A stretch of DNA of 64,000 bases from an uncultured Lachnospiraceae bacterium (GTDB lineage Bacteria; Bacillota; Clostridia; Lachnospirales; Lachnospiraceae). Below, in pieces: positions 16,099 through 26,721 of this stretch (its first letter is position 1; the number at the start of each line of letters is the position of its first letter). The position numbers and the translations under genes were made by a program. The stretch spans positions 1,048 through 65,047 of the forward strand of contig CALFCS010000190.1 in the NCBI GenBank assembly GCA_937950565.1. Direction: 5' to 3'. Below the pieces are notes generated by a model that saw only the letters and a list, made by a program, of their open reading frames with translations, searched no databases and was not told the origin of the DNA.

Positions 16099-19000
16099 TT
16101 AATTCTGTGCTTCTTCCTTATCTTTCCGTCTCTTCGCAATCAGGAAAATAATCAGGAATGCTATAGCGGCAAGGCCTACCAGTGAACCGATAAATAATGG
16201 TGTGTTCCGGTAGTACTGCAATATCCAGCTGGATGTTACCATTACTGATATCACTCCATCTTCTTTTCCGGTCTTTCCTATGGATGTATCTGTAATGTTA
16301 CCAGCAGCATCGACCGCAACTGCCTTTACATCCTGCCAGTCAGAAGAACTCTTCAATGTATAAGGAAGTTCTCCTTTATACTTTAGAATCTGTTCTGCAG
16401 TATAAGGCTTCTCCTTCATCTCACCATTTACATATACTTCTACCGTTTCCATTGCCACATTGTCAGCAACTGAGACTTTTATCTCCCGTTCATCTACCCG
16501 GTATTGTCCTTGATCTTCAATACCTGTAATAACCACACTCGGAGCGGTCTTATCAATAACAAATTCAATATCTTCATCCTTGATTTTATTATTTACTTCA
16601 TTCGTTGCACGGTCTACGGAATCAATCGTAATAGTGTATGTACCTTCTTCCTCGAAGTTTTCTTTATTGATTGTGTACTCATATTGCTTCCAGGAAACTT
16701 CACTTCCGCTTTCCTTGACCGTATAATCCGTACCTTCAACAAGATCTGTAAGCTCTCCGTCATGACCGCAGGATATTCCCCTGTGTGTCAGAGTATCGAC
16801 ATTGGTCTCTACTACAACAATATCCTCTTCTTCCCCATTATAGTAATCCTTTACGAACCGCTTTGACTCCTCACTAAGTTCAAAGTTTGAGCCAAATCTG
16901 TTGACAGAGAATGTTACCTGCTTCTCATCGGAATTTCCTGCAAGGTCTGTTACCTTTGCTACCATTGTATACACATCATCTGTCTCCGGCGTGCGTTCAA
17001 AATCAGCCATCTTAATGCTTTCACCATTTGGAATATTACTTCTTGTTCCGTCTACTGCTTTTTCTGAATGCTTGGAGCCTTTATATGTAATACTTACTCC
17101 ATTTACGTCATGATTCGTATCGCTATATCTCACACCTGGAGCAACAACATCATTATTCGCTGACTTGTCCACGATATCGAAAATCTCAATCACCGGCTTC
17201 GTCTGGTCAATAACAAATTCATTTACCGTGTATACCTGTGCGGAATTACCTGCAAGGTCCGTATAATTAACATTGAAAGAGTAATTGCCGTCTGCTGTAA
17301 ATGGTACGGTTGCAGTATGTATATTGCCTCCCATAGACCATCCATGAACACCAGGTGTTACTGTATTCGAAGTAATCGCTGTGCGCACATCGCTTCCCCT
17401 GAAATTATGCTCATTTACAGTAATCGTTGCCGTACGAGCCGCATTGTAATATTTGCCATTCAATGCATTGTTGTTATCAAATGTTACATTGATAGTCGGA
17501 GCAGTTTTATCAATGGTAAATTCTGAAACGGCTGCTGTATTCGATACATTCCCTGCACGGTCCGTACAGCTCATGGACATAGTATAGTCACCATCTGCAG
17601 AGAATGTTACTTTGCAAGTATTGACATTATCATCACTTGTTCCAGAATCATTCACATCCCATCCGCTGACTGTCGGTCTTGTACCGTCTGTATTCGTAAT
17701 ATTCAGGCGAATCTGATTTCGGTCAAAATTACGTTCCCTTACAATAATGGTCGCCGTTCTGGTAACGTTATAATATTTACCATTCAATGGGTTATTATTA
17801 TCAAATTTGATTTCTACCCTTGGCGCCGTAATATCAATCTTAATGTCCTTTGTTGCTTCAGAAATATTGCCGGCATAGTCAACTGCCTTCACATAAATCG
17901 TAACAAAATTGCTATTATTTTTCTGTGCATTAACAGTTTCCGATTTAACAAGTGTCTGCTTCCTTGCTGTCTTATCAGCAAATTCTGCATTATAATTACC
18001 CGCCTGTGTAACCGTTCCGTTATTTCTTACTTCATAATAAACTTCCTTAAGCCCGGAATATGTTCCTCCCGATGCTGGATCCTTTATATGCATTGTAAAA
18101 TCTACATTACTGCTGTAAATACCCTGTGCAGGCTGCGCAGTTGTAATCTCAATCTTTGGCGCATAAGAATCCTCTGCTCCCGGAGCTGTCTTATCCACAA
18201 TTACTCCCTCATGAGAGTTCAGATAAGTAACATTTCCCGCACGGTCAACAACTCTCATATAATATACAACCTGCTGTTCTTTCTTGAGAGTCTCCTGTGT
18301 CTCAGCTCCAGGATTTCCTTCTATCCATAGTTTTTCATCCAAGTTCTCCAAATCCTTCTTTGTTAAACCGGCAAATGTTCCTTTTTTCTCTACATTCGGA
18401 ACATATTTGTAATAATGCATGGACTTAACTCCAGAAGTCTCATCACTATTTTTCATGACAATTAATTCAGATTTATTCGTAAAGAATCCAAATGTAATTT
18501 CTTTCAGGAAGGTTTCCCATGTCGTTTCACGAATTTGAATCATACCAGTTGGCGCTTTTTCATCTTTTGTAAAGTAACGTGTTTCATGAGTCTCTGCTTT
18601 ATTACCTGCAAGGTCTGTGTAGTCAAGAGCAAAGGTGTAATTTGCATCTTTATCGAAAACAAATGTCTTCGTTTTGATATCTCCAACAGCTTCCCATTTT
18701 TGTTTCGCAAGATCTGTGTACTTAGCTGTAGCAACTGGCTTTTTCTCGTTATCTATGGCAGTATACTCAAGAGTCATCTGTTTCGAACCATCTGAAAATG
18801 AATTATCCGCATTCGTGCTAAAATTACGCTCTGTTATCTTTACATTTGCGGTTATTTGTGAAACACTTTCATAAATTCTTTCTTTTTCATTTTTTCCCGG
18901 TTCAATCTTCCCATTGCCTGCCATGTATTCCACATCTATTACAGGTATGATTTCATCAATAGTAAAAGCTTCTCCTGCTTTTGTACCATCCACATAATTA

Positions 19001-22000
19001 ACCTTTATGTCATTTGCTGTATTATCATTCGCAGCTTCATCTTTAATATACGGTATAATCTCATAATCTCTGTCTATCTTCTCATCTTCCTCACCGAAAC
19101 GAATCTTGTATGTGAATTTACGATCAACTTCTAAATTTCTAAATTCGTCACTGTCCTGTGTATATACCAGTACATCTGGTACTTCCTCAACAGAGATTCC
19201 ATATATTCCCTTTTCTTCCGCTTGTTTTTTATCTTTCAGCACACTCATAGGAACTGCCTTATTCACTGTATTATCAACGGTAATGTCGAAAGTCAGGCCC
19301 TCTTCAAAAAAGTTTCTCTCTGTATATGTGATGGTCATTACACGGTCGTTTTTAAAATAAGAATTATTTTCCACCTCATTATTATCATAAGATACATCTA
19401 TTTTCGGCGATGTTGTATCAATTGCTAAAACTTTGCTTGCCGTCTCTACGTTTCCGGCATTGTCTTCCGCAGTTACTTTAATTACAACATTATTACTATC
19501 ATTAATTTTGTTTCCTTTGTCATCTTTAGTTTTTACGGTTGGTTTTATCTTGGAATCTTGTGTCCATTTCACCATCTGTACCCGGTCTTTTGCTTCGAGT
19601 GAATTTCCATTGTCATCTTCATAAGAAACCGCTTCCTGTGTCCGTACTCCATCTGCCCAAACTTCATAGGATACTGACTTAATACCTGCATATATCTCTC
19701 CCTCTTTCACCGGGTCTGTTACAGAAATTTTAAAAGGTACATCCGAATTATATATTTCTTTCTCTCCATTTGTGATTCCCACACTCGGGGCTTCCGGTTC
19801 AATTGAAATTTCAAAAGTATCGGGTTTCTGATTATCCACAATAATTCCATCCGCTGAATAAAAAGCTACATTTCCGGCCTTATCCTGAACACGCAGGTAT
19901 GGAACTCTTCCAGTATTTTCCTTGACCGTATCACTTTGCATTTTATCATCCTTTTTATAGATACCCTCCGAATTCCAGTTTGTGATACGCTCTCCTTTTG
20001 ATGACTCTAATGTTATATCGTCCGGTGTATTATCTTTACTAACACCTAATTGTTCTTGTTCCCCATGAATATCACCCGGATTATACAATACATATCCTTG
20101 TATAAACGGAGAAACTTCATCTTTACTTTCAAATGTAACTTTCGTCTTTTCTTTATGGAAAATGCCAAATGTAATCTTTTCTAAGAATTTTTCAAATTTA
20201 GATGCTTTCTCTACCACGATACTTCCATCCGGCGCATCATTATCTATCGTAAAATAATGCGTATCATATCGAACCTCATTTCCTGCAAGATCCGTATAAT
20301 TAAGACTCAGTGTATAATTTGCATCTTTTCCAAATTCAAACAACTGGCTGTATTCATTGCTTCCACCAATTTTCCACTCACCTTTTTTGTTCGCCGACTC
20401 ACCATAACTAACTGTTTCAACTTTTTTACCCTTTGCGTTTTCTGCAGTATATATAAGATTCATCTGCCCCTCAGAAAATTCTTTTTCTTTAGCAAAATTT
20501 CTTTCGGTAATTTTTGCAGTTGCAGTAATTATATTTTTTGTATAATACCATTCCAGTTCATTGTTATTTGTTGTGATAAAATTTGTGATATTGCTATTAT
20601 TATCAGCAGCATCCTTGTAGATAACCTCCAGAACCGGAGCCAACATATCTACCGTAAATTCTTTTTCAGCCTTCGTACCTTTTGCATATGCAATACCAGC
20701 ATTTACGTTTCCAGCCTTATCTGTTACCTTCGGCGCAATATTAAAATCAAAGTCTTTTTCAGCCTCACCAAACGTAATCGTATACACATACTTATTATCA
20801 ACAGGTTCCTCGGTTGGTTTCGTTACACGAATCCCATCCATTGCATCTAACGCATCAATTGTAACAGGAGCCTCTTCATTGCCATCAACTATAAAATTCA
20901 AGTTGCTTTCATCAAAGTTTCTCTCTGTACAAGTAAGTGTCATAACACGCTGGGCTTTGAAATATTTTTCATTCTGTACATCATTATTATCATAAGAAAC
21001 TTCAATTACCGGAAGAACATTATCAATCGTAAATATCTGTTCTTCAATAGGTGTTTCATTTGTATTACCTGCTTTATCGGAAATAGACGGAACTACACTG
21101 TATGTAATATCCTTTCCATCCTGAGGTCCAAACTTCAATGTATATGCAGCTATACTTTCGTCAGAAGGCGCTTCTTCTGGTTTGCCTTCTCCTGAATCAG
21201 GTACCTTTGCCACAGTAATTCCTTCCACTTTTCCGGCATCTGACATCAATGCAGCCAATGTTGTCTCTATCCTATCATCATTTTCTTTGATTACAAATTT
21301 TGCCAGTTCCGGATCAAAATTACGCTCCTTATACTGAATTGTCATCGTACGCTCTTTATAACATCCAGTCTCATTTGTCACATCATAGGTGATTGGAAGA
21401 ATCTCTGGTTTTGTCGTATCTATTCGCAGATTTCTTTCTATTGGCTCAGTCACCTCATTACCTGCCTGATCAAAGGCTGTAATAGTAATTTTTATATTAT
21501 TGCTGTTACATACTTCTTTCAGTATCTTTCCATTGATTGTATACTCTGCTTTTGCAGCAAGTTCTTCAAATGTATATGAGCTCTTTTCCTGGTCAAGTCC
21601 TTTTAACTGGTTCAAAGCATCATTATCCAATGTATAAGTATTCGTATAACTTGCCGCATCACCTGCAACTTCTTCGCCTGCATTGGTAACAGTAACTTGT
21701 ATTTCGCTAATTCCGGAAGCAACTGTCGTTGCCGGATCTGTTACATGAATTGTATATGCAACATCCCCTGCATATTCTCCATACCCGGAAGCTTTTGTTG
21801 TAATATCCAGTGATACGGACGGTTTGTCCAAATCTACTACCACACCATTTGATGCATAGACTGCCTCATTTCCTACATTATCGACAACCTTGACAAGCAC
21901 TACATAATATCCGCTTTCTGCTGCCGGAACTGTAATCTTTCCGGTCTCCGGAAGCGCCTGCCATTCTTCGCCTGCCAGGGCGGCTGTCTTGATAATTCCA

Positions 22001-24402
22001 GATGCATCTGCATCGTTCTCAAGCTTCAATATTCTATATGATTGATTGTCCGGTGTGTATCCACTCTTTTCATCTGTAATCGTGATAATTTCTTCATGAT
22101 CTCCTGTAAGGAATTTCACAAAATTGCCAAACTCAAAGCTGTCCCCTACCAATGCTTTCAATGCATCTGTCGCCAAAGTAGAGAATTCAACCTTCGGGCT
22201 CTCATTATCAACTTTGATTTTCCCTTCCGGTATTTGGTTATCCTGATCTGCCTTTGTTTTATCTGAAGTCGTTCTTGTAGAAGGAGCTTCCATATCGCCT
22301 TCATTTACCAGATAAACCCCATTTGTCACATCAGCTTCCCCAACCGTCAGAATATTATCGTATTGATTTTCTCCCAAGGCAATCTTTACGTCTGTATATT
22401 TTGTATCTGTAGTTTCGAATTTCAAAACGTCATTTTTCTTTGCCCAGAAGACTCCGTTATTCGAATACAAGTCTGTTCCATCACTCTTCTTTACAGAAAG
22501 CTTCTTCCACAGCTCCTCATCATTTATCGATTCCTGAACAACATGAATGCTTCCGTAGTACTGCTCTTCATCTGCAAAATAAAGCGCATAGTTCCCTGTA
22601 TCTGCAGATGCTTCCCACTGAGGCTTTAATGCTTTTTTGTATGTACCGACATATGCATCATCCGCAAGTTCATTCTTAACAATAGCAACCTGTGAAGAAA
22701 GCATGGTCTTCACGGTTTCTTCCTCGCCTGTAACAACTCCCTCTGCCTTAGTCTCATCAACCTGCCCGTTTGTTCCTGCCGGAGCGGCTTCATACATATC
22801 GATTACCTTATCAATTTCTGCAGATATTTTTCCATATTCAAGATTTGTTACAGAGCCTGCATCTTTCTTCTGCACCTGTATATAAAGCGGACGTTTCTCT
22901 ATCGTTATATCAAGTCCTGTCAGTTCTGCATCCTCTGCTAATGTGACAGCATCTAATGTAACATCATAATTATCATTTACTGCTTCCACAGATACGATTT
23001 TTGCCTTGTTATAAGCGCCGATGTTAGCTTCGCCTGCCTGCACCTCAGCCTGAATCTCAATCGCATCTCCAACTTTTACTGCATTGTTCTTATTGCTTGT
23101 TACTGTGCCGACCAGTTTGATATTTGTATTTCCATCATATGTCTTCTTTGCCTGCCGCCACATAATCTGGTTTGCAAGAATAGAAACCGCCTTTTTATTT
23201 ACTGTAATTTTGTATACAGCATCTGACTTTGTATATTCATCATTCGCCGTCGCTGTTACTGTAATGTACGCTGTCCCCTGTCCGTTTATAGTAACAACTC
23301 CAGTATTATCTACAGAGGCAACTACAGGTTTATCAGATGCATAACTTAACGTCCTGCCCTGTACCGTATTCGCATCTACAGGAACAGTAATCGTCGGTAT
23401 ATCCCCATAAGTTATTTCAGAAGAACCGCTCGTAAGACCGAGCTGGCATGTCTTCTTATATGTAATCTCACCGGTACTTACATCCTTATCAAAGTAATAA
23501 TCGTTACTGCCTGCAGTATACTTTGCAATAAATGTAACCTTTCCTTTTAAAGCAGCTGCATTCTCATATTTCACGGAATCGCTGTACGGCGCTTTGATTG
23601 TACCAATCGGATTTGCTTCTCCTGATTTATAAATCTGTACATCACCTGTCGCACTCTCCATTCCTGAAACAGAAATGCTGACAGACTCAACATCTGTTGT
23701 TAAATCCTCTTTTTTTGAACCCGGCACTACAGAAATTGACATCCCGGCCAGTTCTTCCTTTACGGTTACTCCAATTTTTCTTTCTTTTCCATTTCTGGAT
23801 ACCGTAACATCTGTCTTACCTCTGCCAGCCGCTGTAATTGTTCCATCCGCTACCGTAGCAATACTTGTGTCATTTGACTTCCATACATATCCCGGCTCAG
23901 ATGTGCTTTGATTGCTGATTGCATGATTATCTGCTATTTTAACCGTCGCTGTTTTCTGACTTTCATTATCGAGATTCAGTTCAACCTCGCTTGATGATGT
24001 CTGGATATCCTCCATCTCCATCTTAACAGCAACAGCCTCAGAACCGTTAAGCTCCAATGCAGTTGAGGCTGCATCCTTATACCCCTGCTTTGTTACCGTA
24101 TAGGTATATGACTTCGTATCATCAAATGTGCCGTTAAGCTCTACTACCCCTTTTGCATTGGTCTCTCCACTGCATACTTCTGTTCCTTCACCAGATATGA
24201 CCACCTTTGCACCGCTTAATTCCAGAGCTGTTTCATTTGCCTGTCCGGCATTCAATGTCTCTGTTACCTGAAAGCGGAATGTCTTTTCAATTTCTGCTGC
24301 CTTCGCCACCAGACCCACATGTGGAAGCACACTTCCGAGAACCATTGCAAATGCAAGAACTAATGCCCATATCCTTTCTTTTAGATTTCTTCCTTTGTTC
24401 AT
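16099..24402 (-). CDS. Giant (2767 aa) surface protein: signal peptide, Big_2/MBG/Ig-like repeat modules and a C-terminal TM anchor with a short basic tail
   Basis: Signal peptide (LVLAFAMVLGSVLPHVGLVAKAAE). Big_2-like WKSNDTSIATVADGTITAAGRGKTDVTV. Many modules are delimited by D-x-[TD]-x-P and carry recurring (T/R)ERNF motifs. The C-terminus is LFIGSLVGLAAIAFLIIFLIAKRRKDKEEAQN with no LPXTG. Confidence 0.85.
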   Translation of the reverse strand: MNKGRNLKERIWALVLAFAMVLGSVLPHVGLVAKAAEIEKTFRFQVTETLNAGQANETALELSGAKVVISGEGTEVCSGETNAKGVVELNGTFDDTKSYTYTVTKQGYKDAASTALELNGSEAVAVKMEMEDIQTSSSEVELNLDNESQKTATVKIADNHAISNQSTSEPGYVWKSNDTSIATVADGTITAAGRGKTDVTVSRNGKERKIGVTVKEELAGMSISVVPGSKKEDLTTDVESVSISVSGMESATGDVQIYKSGEANPIGTIKAPYSDSVKYENAAALKGKVTFIAKYTAGSNDYYFDKDVSTGEITYKKTCQLGLTSGSSEITYGDIPTITVPVDANTVQGRTLSYASDKPVVASVDNTGVVTINGQGTAYITVTATANDEYTKSDAVYKITVNKKAVSILANQIMWRQAKKTYDGNTNIKLVGTVTSNKNNAVKVGDAIEIQAEVQAGEANIGAYNKAKIVSVEAVNDNYDVTLDAVTLAEDAELTGLDITIEKRPLYIQVQKKDAGSVTNLEYGKISAEIDKVIDMYEAAPAGTNGQVDETKAEGVVTGEEETVKTMLSSQVAIVKNELADDAYVGTYKKALKPQWEASADTGNYALYFADEEQYYGSIHVVQESINDEELWKKLSVKKSDGTDLYSNNGVFWAKKNDVLKFETTDTKYTDVKIALGENQYDNILTVGEADVTNGVYLVNEGDMEAPSTRTTSDKTKADQDNQIPEGKIKVDNESPKVEFSTLATDALKALVGDSFEFGNFVKFLTGDHEEIITITDEKSGYTPDNQSYRILKLENDADASGIIKTAALAGEEWQALPETGKITVPAAESGYYVVLVKVVDNVGNEAVYASNGVVVDLDKPSVSLDITTKASGYGEYAGDVAYTIHVTDPATTVASGISEIQVTVTNAGEEVAGDAASYTNTYTLDNDALNQLKGLDQEKSSYTFEELAAKAEYTINGKILKEVCNSNNIKITITAFDQAGNEVTEPIERNLRIDTTKPEILPITYDVTNETGCYKERTMTIQYKERNFDPELAKFVIKENDDRIETTLAALMSDAGKVEGITVAKVPDSGEGKPEEAPSDESIAAYTLKFGPQDGKDITYSVVPSISDKAGNTNETPIEEQIFTIDNVLPVIEVSYDNNDVQNEKYFKAQRVMTLTCTERNFDESNLNFIVDGNEEAPVTIDALDAMDGIRVTKPTEEPVDNKYVYTITFGEAEKDFDFNIAPKVTDKAGNVNAGIAYAKGTKAEKEFTVDMLAPVLEVIYKDAADNNSNITNFITTNNNELEWYYTKNIITATAKITERNFAKEKEFSEGQMNLIYTAENAKGKKVETVSYGESANKKGEWKIGGSNEYSQLFEFGKDANYTLSLNYTDLAGNEVRYDTHYFTIDNDAPDGSIVVEKASKFEKFLEKITFGIFHKEKTKVTFESKDEVSPFIQGYVLYNPGDIHGEQEQLGVSKDNTPDDITLESSKGERITNWNSEGIYKKDDKMQSDTVKENTGRVPYLRVQDKAGNVAFYSADGIIVDNQKPDTFEISIEPEAPSVGITNGEKEIYNSDVPFKISVTDPVKEGEIYAGIKSVSYEVWADGVRTQEAVSYEDDNGNSLEAKDRVQMVKWTQDSKIKPTVKTKDDKGNKINDSNNVVIKVTAEDNAGNVETASKVLAIDTTSPKIDVSYDNNEVENNSYFKNDRVMTITYTERNFFEEGLTFDITVDNTVNKAVPMSVLKDKKQAEEKGIYGISVEEVPDVLVYTQDSDEFRNLEVDRKFTYKIRFGEEDEKIDRDYEIIPYIKDEAANDNTANDIKVNYVDGTKAGEAFTIDEIIPVIDVEYMAGNGKIEPGKNEKERIYESVSQITANVKITERNFSTNADNSFSDGSKQMTLEYTAIDNEKKPVATAKYTDLAKQKWEAVGDIKTKTFVFDKDANYTFALDYTDLAGNKAETHETRYFTKDEKAPTGMIQIRETTWETFLKEITFGFFTNKSELIVMKNSDETSGVKSMHYYKYVPNVEKKGTFAGLTKKDLENLDEKLWIEGNPGAETQETLKKEQQVVYYMRVVDRAGNVTYLNSHEGVIVDKTAPGAEDSYAPKIEITTAQPAQGIYSSNVDFTMHIKDPASGGTYSGLKEVYYEVRNNGTVTQAGNYNAEFADKTARKQTLVKSETVNAQKNNSNFVTIYVKAVDYAGNISEATKDIKIDITAPRVEIKFDNNNPLNGKYYNVTRTATIIVRERNFDRNQIRLNITNTDGTRPTVSGWDVNDSGTSDDNVNTCKVTFSADGDYTMSMSCTDRAGNVSNTAAVSEFTIDKTAPTINVTFDNNNALNGKYYNAARTATITVNEHNFRGSDVRTAITSNTVTPGVHGWSMGGNIHTATVPFTADGNYSFNVNYTDLAGNSAQVYTVNEFVIDQTKPVIEIFDIVDKSANNDVVAPGVRYSDTNHDVNGVSITYKGSKHSEKAVDGTRSNIPNGESIKMADFERTPETDDVYTMVAKVTDLAGNSDEKQVTFSVNRFGSNFELSEESKRFVKDYYNGEEEDIVVVETNVDTLTHRGISCGHDGELTDLVEGTDYTVKESGSEVSWKQYEYTINKENFEEEGTYTITIDSVDRATNEVNNKIKDEDIEFVIDKTAPSVVITGIEDQGQYRVDEREIKVSVADNVAMETVEVYVNGEMKEKPYTAEQILKYKGELPYTLKSSSDWQDVKAVAVDAAGNITDTSIGKTGKEDGVISVMVTSSWILQYYRNTPLFIGSLVGLAAIAFLIIFLIAKRRKDKEEAQN

Positions 24403-24420
24403 TCCTTCTACTCCCTTTCT

Positions 24421-24966
24421 TTATAACATTTCTTCTGTATGAACCCACAGAATTTCCTTCTCTATCTTAAAAGCCCCCGGCAATTCCGGCTTATCCGGCT
24501 GCTTTGCTTCCTTCTCCTGATTCTGGTTTTGTGATAACAATGTTGTTTCACCACCGGAGCTTAGAAGTGTTGTCTCCGATGAACCGTCCTCCATCAGACC
24601 GTCTGTTTTTTGTGAGCCATCAGTGTAAACGTTCTCCGGTTTCCTCCTCTCAGAAACCGGCTGTGCCTGGGCAGGGGAATACACTGCTTGATTTCCAGCC
24701 TTCGGAGGTTCAATACGGTGTTCCGGCTGTTCGGCAATCGCACCGCTCGTTCCCACACTCTGCCGCAGTTTCCCGGTCTGGTCATTCATCTCCTTCATCT
24801 TCTGAATCGTCCGCTTTGCCCCACGTCCCGTCTTCATATCAAAAATACCGCGAATATTAAAACGGAAGAATAAAATAACCGAAATCACAAAAAATACAAT
24901 CGCCAATACCAGGAATATAAGAAATGCAACATGGTATATCTTAATCATCATTTCCAGCTTCTGCAT
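24421..24966 (-). CDS. Small single-TM protein with a cytoplasmic low-complexity tail carrying two ETTLL motifs
   Basis: Start set at ATG 24966 (AGGAGGT RBS 7 nt upstream). TM segment VAFLIFLVLAIVFFVISVILFF. The tail contains ..SSETTLLSSGGETTLLSQ.. Confidence 0.65.
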   Translation of the reverse strand: MQKLEMMIKIYHVAFLIFLVLAIVFFVISVILFFRFNIRGIFDMKTGRGAKRTIQKMKEMNDQTGKLRQSVGTSGAIAEQPEHRIEPPKAGNQAVYSPAQAQPVSERRKPENVYTDGSQKTDGLMEDGSSETTLLSSGGETTLLSQNQNQEKEAKQPDKPELPGAFKIEKEILWVHTEEML

Positions 24967-26710
24967 CCTTCTTACCTCCTGATTTATTATCCGTATCAAA
25001 TGCTTTCTCAGAAAATTCTTTCGAAACAGCATCCTTTGCCTGCTCTATCCTTTTCAAGACTTCTTTTTTCTTTTCTCCTATCTCATCTCCATCGTCTTCA
25101 ATGTAGGTTTCTACAAATCCCTGTACACTGTCCAGCTCGTTTTTCAATTCCGCCTGTGTAATTCCTACCTTCTTAAAATCTTTTGTATACTGATAAACCT
25201 GATAAACGAAATCCTCATACATAGCAAGCGCCATTGTAGGATTGTTATTCTGGCTGACAAGATTCTTTCCGCTAACCAATTCCATCATATCATTCCAGTA
25301 ATCCCGATAGCTTACCACACTTTCCCCCGTTTTATCCTCTACGTTCAGGCTTGCATAGTATTCTGCTATTTTGCACAGAATTCTGGAGTTTTCTACTTTG
25401 TAAGCTTCCAGACTTTCACTTTCAGCGGCTATCTCAAACCACTTCTGGGACATCTGTTTATTTCCTTTTTCTTCATAAAAGAAGTAATATGCCATCGCCA
25501 TATCATATGCAAATTCATCATATCCTTCTTCATTTGTCTCCAGGTAATCTTCATTACTCTTATTTCCATTACCTGTATAACCAAGGATTTCTTTCATTTT
25601 TTCTGCTTCTTCCTGCGTAAAATTCCCCTGGCTTCCATCACTTTCTTTATTATTCTTGAATTCGTCAAGCAATTTTATATACCCTTCACTTTCTTTCGGG
25701 TTAAGCTTGATTGCATTTGCATAATTTCTTGCTTTTTCTTCTATCGTGATTGCAGTAGCTGCATTCTTCATGTAATTGTCATAGCTTTTTCCGGTCGTAC
25801 TCGTCTCGGCAAATTTAAATCCAACACTGGCAGTCAGCGATACAACCGTCAGAATGGATGTCGTCAGAAATATTTTCCACTTGCGGTTCTGTACTTTTTT
25901 GTACTCCTGGTCCAGTTCGTCATAATGCTCCAGCGCATACATCAGTTCCGCGCAAGACTGATAGCGGTCGTCCGGATTCTTCTGCGTACATTTCAGAATG
26001 ATTTCCTCAAGACCGGAAGACAGATTGGGATTCCACTGACGAATCGGATACATCTCATAAGGAGGAAGGCACGGATTGTGTCCGGTAAGCAAATGATACA
26101 GTGTTGCGCCCAGGCAATATATATCTGTCCGCCCGTCGGTCTGCCCATGGCCTCCAAACTGCTCCGGCGCCGCATACCCCTGTGTTCCGAGACACGTGGT
26201 ATCTGCAATGCTTGCGGATTTGTACTCTCTGGCAGTACCGAAGTCAATAATCATGATATTTCCGTCCGGTCTGAGCATGACATTTGACGGCTTCATATCT
26301 CTGTAAATAATCGGTGGTTTTCTGGAATGAAGATATCCCAGCACATCACAAATCTGTTTTGCCCACTCGATTACCTTTTCCTGCGGCTGCGCTCCTTCTC
26401 TTTTCAGTGCTTCACTGAGCGGCCGCCCTTCTATGTAATCCATGACAATCAGGAACGTGTCCTCGCAGTCAATCACATCAATAATACTTGGCAGATTCGG
26501 ATGATCCAGACGTTTCAAAATATCCGTCTCAGCAATCAGATTCTGCTTGACGACCTCATAGTTAGACACTCCGTCCTTCCGGACTTCTTTAATCGCCCAC
26601 GGCTTATTGGCTCTCTCATTCATTGCAAGATAGACAATACTCATACCGCCCTGGCCTATTTTATTCAAAATCTTATATTTCCCATCTACAACGGAACCTA
26701 TTTCCAGCAT
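24941..26710 (-). CDS. Hanks-type Ser/Thr protein kinase with one TM segment and an extracytoplasmic TPR-like domain (no PASTA repeats)
   Basis: Kinase motifs: GQGGMSIVYLA, WAIKEV, YRDMKPSNVML, IDFGTA and GTQGYAAPE. TM segment IFLTTSILTVVSLTASVGF. Confidence 0.9.
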   Translation of the reverse strand: MLEIGSVVDGKYKILNKIGQGGMSIVYLAMNERANKPWAIKEVRKDGVSNYEVVKQNLIAETDILKRLDHPNLPSIIDVIDCEDTFLIVMDYIEGRPLSEALKREGAQPQEKVIEWAKQICDVLGYLHSRKPPIIYRDMKPSNVMLRPDGNIMIIDFGTAREYKSASIADTTCLGTQGYAAPEQFGGHGQTDGRTDIYCLGATLYHLLTGHNPCLPPYEMYPIRQWNPNLSSGLEEIILKCTQKNPDDRYQSCAELMYALEHYDELDQEYKKVQNRKWKIFLTTSILTVVSLTASVGFKFAETSTTGKSYDNYMKNAATAITIEEKARNYANAIKLNPKESEGYIKLLDEFKNNKESDGSQGNFTQEEAEKMKEILGYTGNGNKSNEDYLETNEEGYDEFAYDMAMAYYFFYEEKGNKQMSQKWFEIAAESESLEAYKVENSRILCKIAEYYASLNVEDKTGESVVSYRDYWNDMMELVSGKNLVSQNNNPTMALAMYEDFVYQVYQYTKDFKKVGITQAELKNELDSVQGFVETYIEDDGDEIGEKKKEVLKRIEQAKDAVSKEFSEKAFDTDNKSGGKKDAEAGNDD

Positions 26711-26721
26711 CTCTTATTCCT

